The notes under the pieces: model-generated | The model's database searches: none | What the model was told of the DNA's origin: nothing | What the model saw: only the letters and a program-made list of their open reading frames with translations | DNA from: Gemmata obscuriglobus | GTDB taxonomy: Bacteria; Planctomycetota; Planctomycetia; Gemmatales; Gemmataceae | Length of the DNA stretch: 32,000 nt | Reading direction: 5' to 3' | Assembly: GCF_008065095.1 (NCBI RefSeq) | Contig: NZ_CP042911.1 | Coordinates: forward strand, 1,290,001-1,322,000 | Translations under genes and position numbers: made by a program | In this document: piece by piece, positions 29,882 through 32,000 of the stretch | Layout of the letters: every line of letters begins with the position of its first letter | Numbering within the stretch: the first letter of the stretch is position 1

Positions 29882-32000
29882 TCAATCCACGTAAACGAAC
29901 TCGTTCAGGTTCAGCAGCGCGTGGCACAGGTCCGCGCGGGCTTCTTCGTCGCTCCCCTTGTGGCGGGCGAGGTAGCCCGCCATCGCCGCTTGCTCTTCGC
30001 TCGTCGGGGGGCGGTTCACCGCGATCAGAAACGCCCGGCCCACGAACTTCTCGCGGTCCGCGCCCGCCTCTTTCGTCACGCGGGCGGCCAGTTGCTTCCC
30101 GAACCCGATCACCAGCGCGTCGTTCAGCATCGCCAGCGATTGCGGGGCGGTCGTCGTCACGAACCGGCGCGCACAGGTTTCGTTGCGGTCCGGCGCGTCG
30201 AACAGCGTGAACAGCGGGTAGCGCAGGTTCCGCTTCACGAAGACGTACACGCTCCGGCGGTTGCGCTCCGACACGTCTGCGGTCGGCGTCCACCGCCCGG
30301 CGGAGGACTTCTGCAACTCGGCGGGCAGTTCCGGGAACACCCCGGGGCCGCCGGCCTTCAGGTTCAACTGGCCCGACACCGCCAGCATCGCGTCCCGCAG
30401 CGCCTCCCCGTCGAGCCGGCGCCGCGGGTACTGCCACAGGAGCTTGTTGTCGGGGTCGGCCGTGGCGCCCGCTTCTTCTCCCCTGGCCCCCTGGCGGAAC
30501 GCCGCCGACAGCACCATCAGTTTGTGAACGTGCTTCAGTGACCAGTTCTTCGCAACCAGCTCGTCCGCGAGCCAGTTCAGCAGCTCGGGGTGCGTCGGGC
30601 GGTCGCCGGTCACGCCGAAGTCGCTCGACGTGCGCACGATCCCGTACCCGAACCGCTGCTGCCACAGGCGGTTCACGATTACCCGCGCGGTGAGCGGGTT
30701 CTCGCGCGACGCGACCCAGCCGGCGAGCGCGGCCCGGCGCCCGACGGAGCCGTTCGTCGGCTGGGGGGCTGCGTCGCGGTCGTCGATGGTGGCGATGAAC
30801 CCCGGGTCCAGTTTCGCGCCGGGCTTTTGCCAGTTCCCGCGCTTGTAGAGGTTCGTGGGGGGCGGCGTCGGGAGGTCCGTCATCGCCATAGCCCGCGGCG
30901 GTTCCGGGGGCTTCTCGTTCGCCCACTGTGAGAGCTGCGCTTTCAGCGCGGCCACCCGCTCTTTCTCCGCGGGCTTGAGGCTCTTGGATACGTCCCCGCG
31001 GACGTTGACCTGCTTGTCGATCAGTTGCCCGAGCTGCTTCTGAATGGGGGTGCGGCTCTCGAACGGGATGTCGAGCAGGCTCGCGTACTCGTCGGGGAAC
31101 CGGGTCCGCTGCTTCGCGCTCGCCTTCTGGTGGTACGGCCCCTCGATCGCCTCGATCGCGGCCCGGATCTCGGCCGTTTTCGCCTCCCACGCGGCGAGCT
31201 TCTTCTGGTACTCGGCCCGCGCGCCGGGTGTCAGCAGGACCGCCTCGGTCGGCCACATGCCGGCGAAGAACGCCTGGAGCCGGAAGTAGTCCTTCTGCGT
31301 GATGGGGTCGTACTTGTGGTCGTGGCAGCGGGCGCACCCGGACGTGAGCGCGAGGAACGTGCCCGAGGTCGTGTCGGTGATGTCGGTCAGCACCTCGTAG
31401 CGGCGCTGCTCCAGGTTGACCGCGTTGTACTCATCCGGGTAGTGCCGCAGGAACCCCGTGGCGACGAGGGCGTCCGGGTCGTCGGGGTACAGCTCGTCCC
31501 CGGCGAGTTGCTCCTTCACGAAGCGGTCGAAGGGCTTGTCGGCGTTGAAGCTCTTGATGACGTAGTCGCGGTACCGCCACGCGTTCGGGCGCGGCGCGTC
31601 GGCGTTGAACCCGTCGGTCTCCGCGAACCGGACCACGTCGAGCCAGAACAGCGCCTGGCGCTCGCCGTACTGCGGCGATGCCATCAGCCGGTCGACCAAC
31701 TTTTCGTAAGCGCCGGGAGAGTTGTCGCGCGCGAACGCTTCGACCTCCTCCGGGGCCGGCGGCAGGCCGATGAGGTCGAAGTACGCGCGGCGGATCAGCA
31801 CGCGGCGGTCCGCTTCTGGCGCGAACGTCAGCTTGTGTTCGGCAAGTTTCGCGAGCAGGAACCGATCGATGTCGTTCCGTGCCGCCGTCTTCTGTGCGGG
31901 GACGTCCGGCACCGCGGGCCGCTTGAACGGCTTGTACGCCCACTCCGCGCCGGGTTCGGCGGCGGGGGCGGACGCGGCGACGATCAGCAGAAGAGCCGCG
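29882..32000 (-). CDS. PSD1 family protein (DUF1549 + DUF1553); N-terminal few residues lie beyond the window end
   Basis: The frame stays open to base 32000, where it reads a signal-peptide-like AALLLIVAASAPAA. DUF1549: IDRFLLAKLAEHKL...LIRRAYFDLIGLPP. DUF1553: CARCHDHKYDPI. The 'start' at 31912 in the track is only an internal GTG. Confidence 0.9.
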   Translation of the reverse strand, partial: AALLLIVAASAPAAEPGAEWAYKPFKRPAVPDVPAQKTAARNDIDRFLLAKLAEHKLTFAPEADRRVLIRRAYFDLIGLPPAPEEVEAFARDNSPGAYEKLVDRLMASPQYGERQALFWLDVVRFAETDGFNADAPRPNAWRYRDYVIKSFNADKPFDRFVKEQLAGDELYPDDPDALVATGFLRHYPDEYNAVNLEQRRYEVLTDITDTTSGTFLALTSGCARCHDHKYDPITQKDYFRLQAFFAGMWPTEAVLLTPGARAEYQKKLAAWEAKTAEIRAAIEAIEGPYHQKASAKQRTRFPDEYASLLDIPFESRTPIQKQLGQLIDKQVNVRGDVSKSLKPAEKERVAALKAQLSQWANEKPPEPPRAMAMTDLPTPPPTNLYKRGNWQKPGAKLDPGFIATIDDRDAAPQPTNGSVGRRAALAGWVASRENPLTARVIVNRLWQQRFGYGIVRTSSDFGVTGDRPTHPELLNWLADELVAKNWSLKHVHKLMVLSAAFRQGARGEEAGATADPDNKLLWQYPRRRLDGEALRDAMLAVSGQLNLKAGGPGVFPELPAELQKSSAGRWTPTADVSERNRRSVYVFVKRNLRYPLFTLFDAPDRNETCARRFVTTTAPQSLAMLNDALVIGFGKQLAARVTKEAGADREKFVGRAFLIAVNRPPTSEEQAAMAGYLARHKGSDEEARADLCHALLNLNEFVYVD

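Noticed and set aside
1-32000. CRISPR arrays, rRNA genes, retron/ncRNA-RT modules
   Set aside because: No series of regularly spaced direct repeats, no rRNA-like sequence and no reverse-transcriptase-like ORF was found on either strand. The only tandem repeats are the 21-bp x3, 11-bp x2, 25-bp x2 and 8-bp x3 sets reported above.

Overview
High-GC segment with the hallmarks of a Planctomycetota chromosome, probably Gemmataceae-like. The markers are a DUF1559 'H-X9-DG' pseudopilin-like protein, a PSD1 (DUF1549/DUF1553) protein, a giant membrane Ser/Thr kinase, an ECF sigma factor and a sigma-54 activator. All family calls come from motifs read in the translations; no database search was run. 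Housekeeping content: the rpmF-plsX-fabD-acpP-fabF lipid-synthesis cluster, a MoeB/ThiF-rhodanese enzyme, a HIT hydrolase, an SDR and the 3' end of an M20 deacylase gene. Accessory content: (i) a stop/start-overlapping minus-strand operon DinB - NRDE - VTT(DedA)::ATP-grasp, sitting among a DoxX gene, a lipoprotein peroxiredoxin and a divergent GAF-PAS sigma-54 activator, with a shared ~40-bp motif upstream of both doxX and the DinB operon; this is my best candidate for an uncharacterised system. (ii) A decayed integrative element: a tyrosine integrase whose ORF reads through a 3' fragment of tRNA-Ser(UGA), an 11-bp tandem duplication that extends that ORF, a GGGAGGTA repeat array, and a multiply frameshifted IS1595-type element with a duplicated end. 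(iii) Two copies of a ~105-120-bp long-hairpin palindromic repeat showing compensatory stem substitutions. (iv) A ~95-bp duplicate of the PSD1 gene 3' end, with the two copies bracketing ~2.5 kb. No CRISPR array, rRNA or intact tRNA was seen. Many long ORFs in the track are high-GC antisense or off-frame artefacts.
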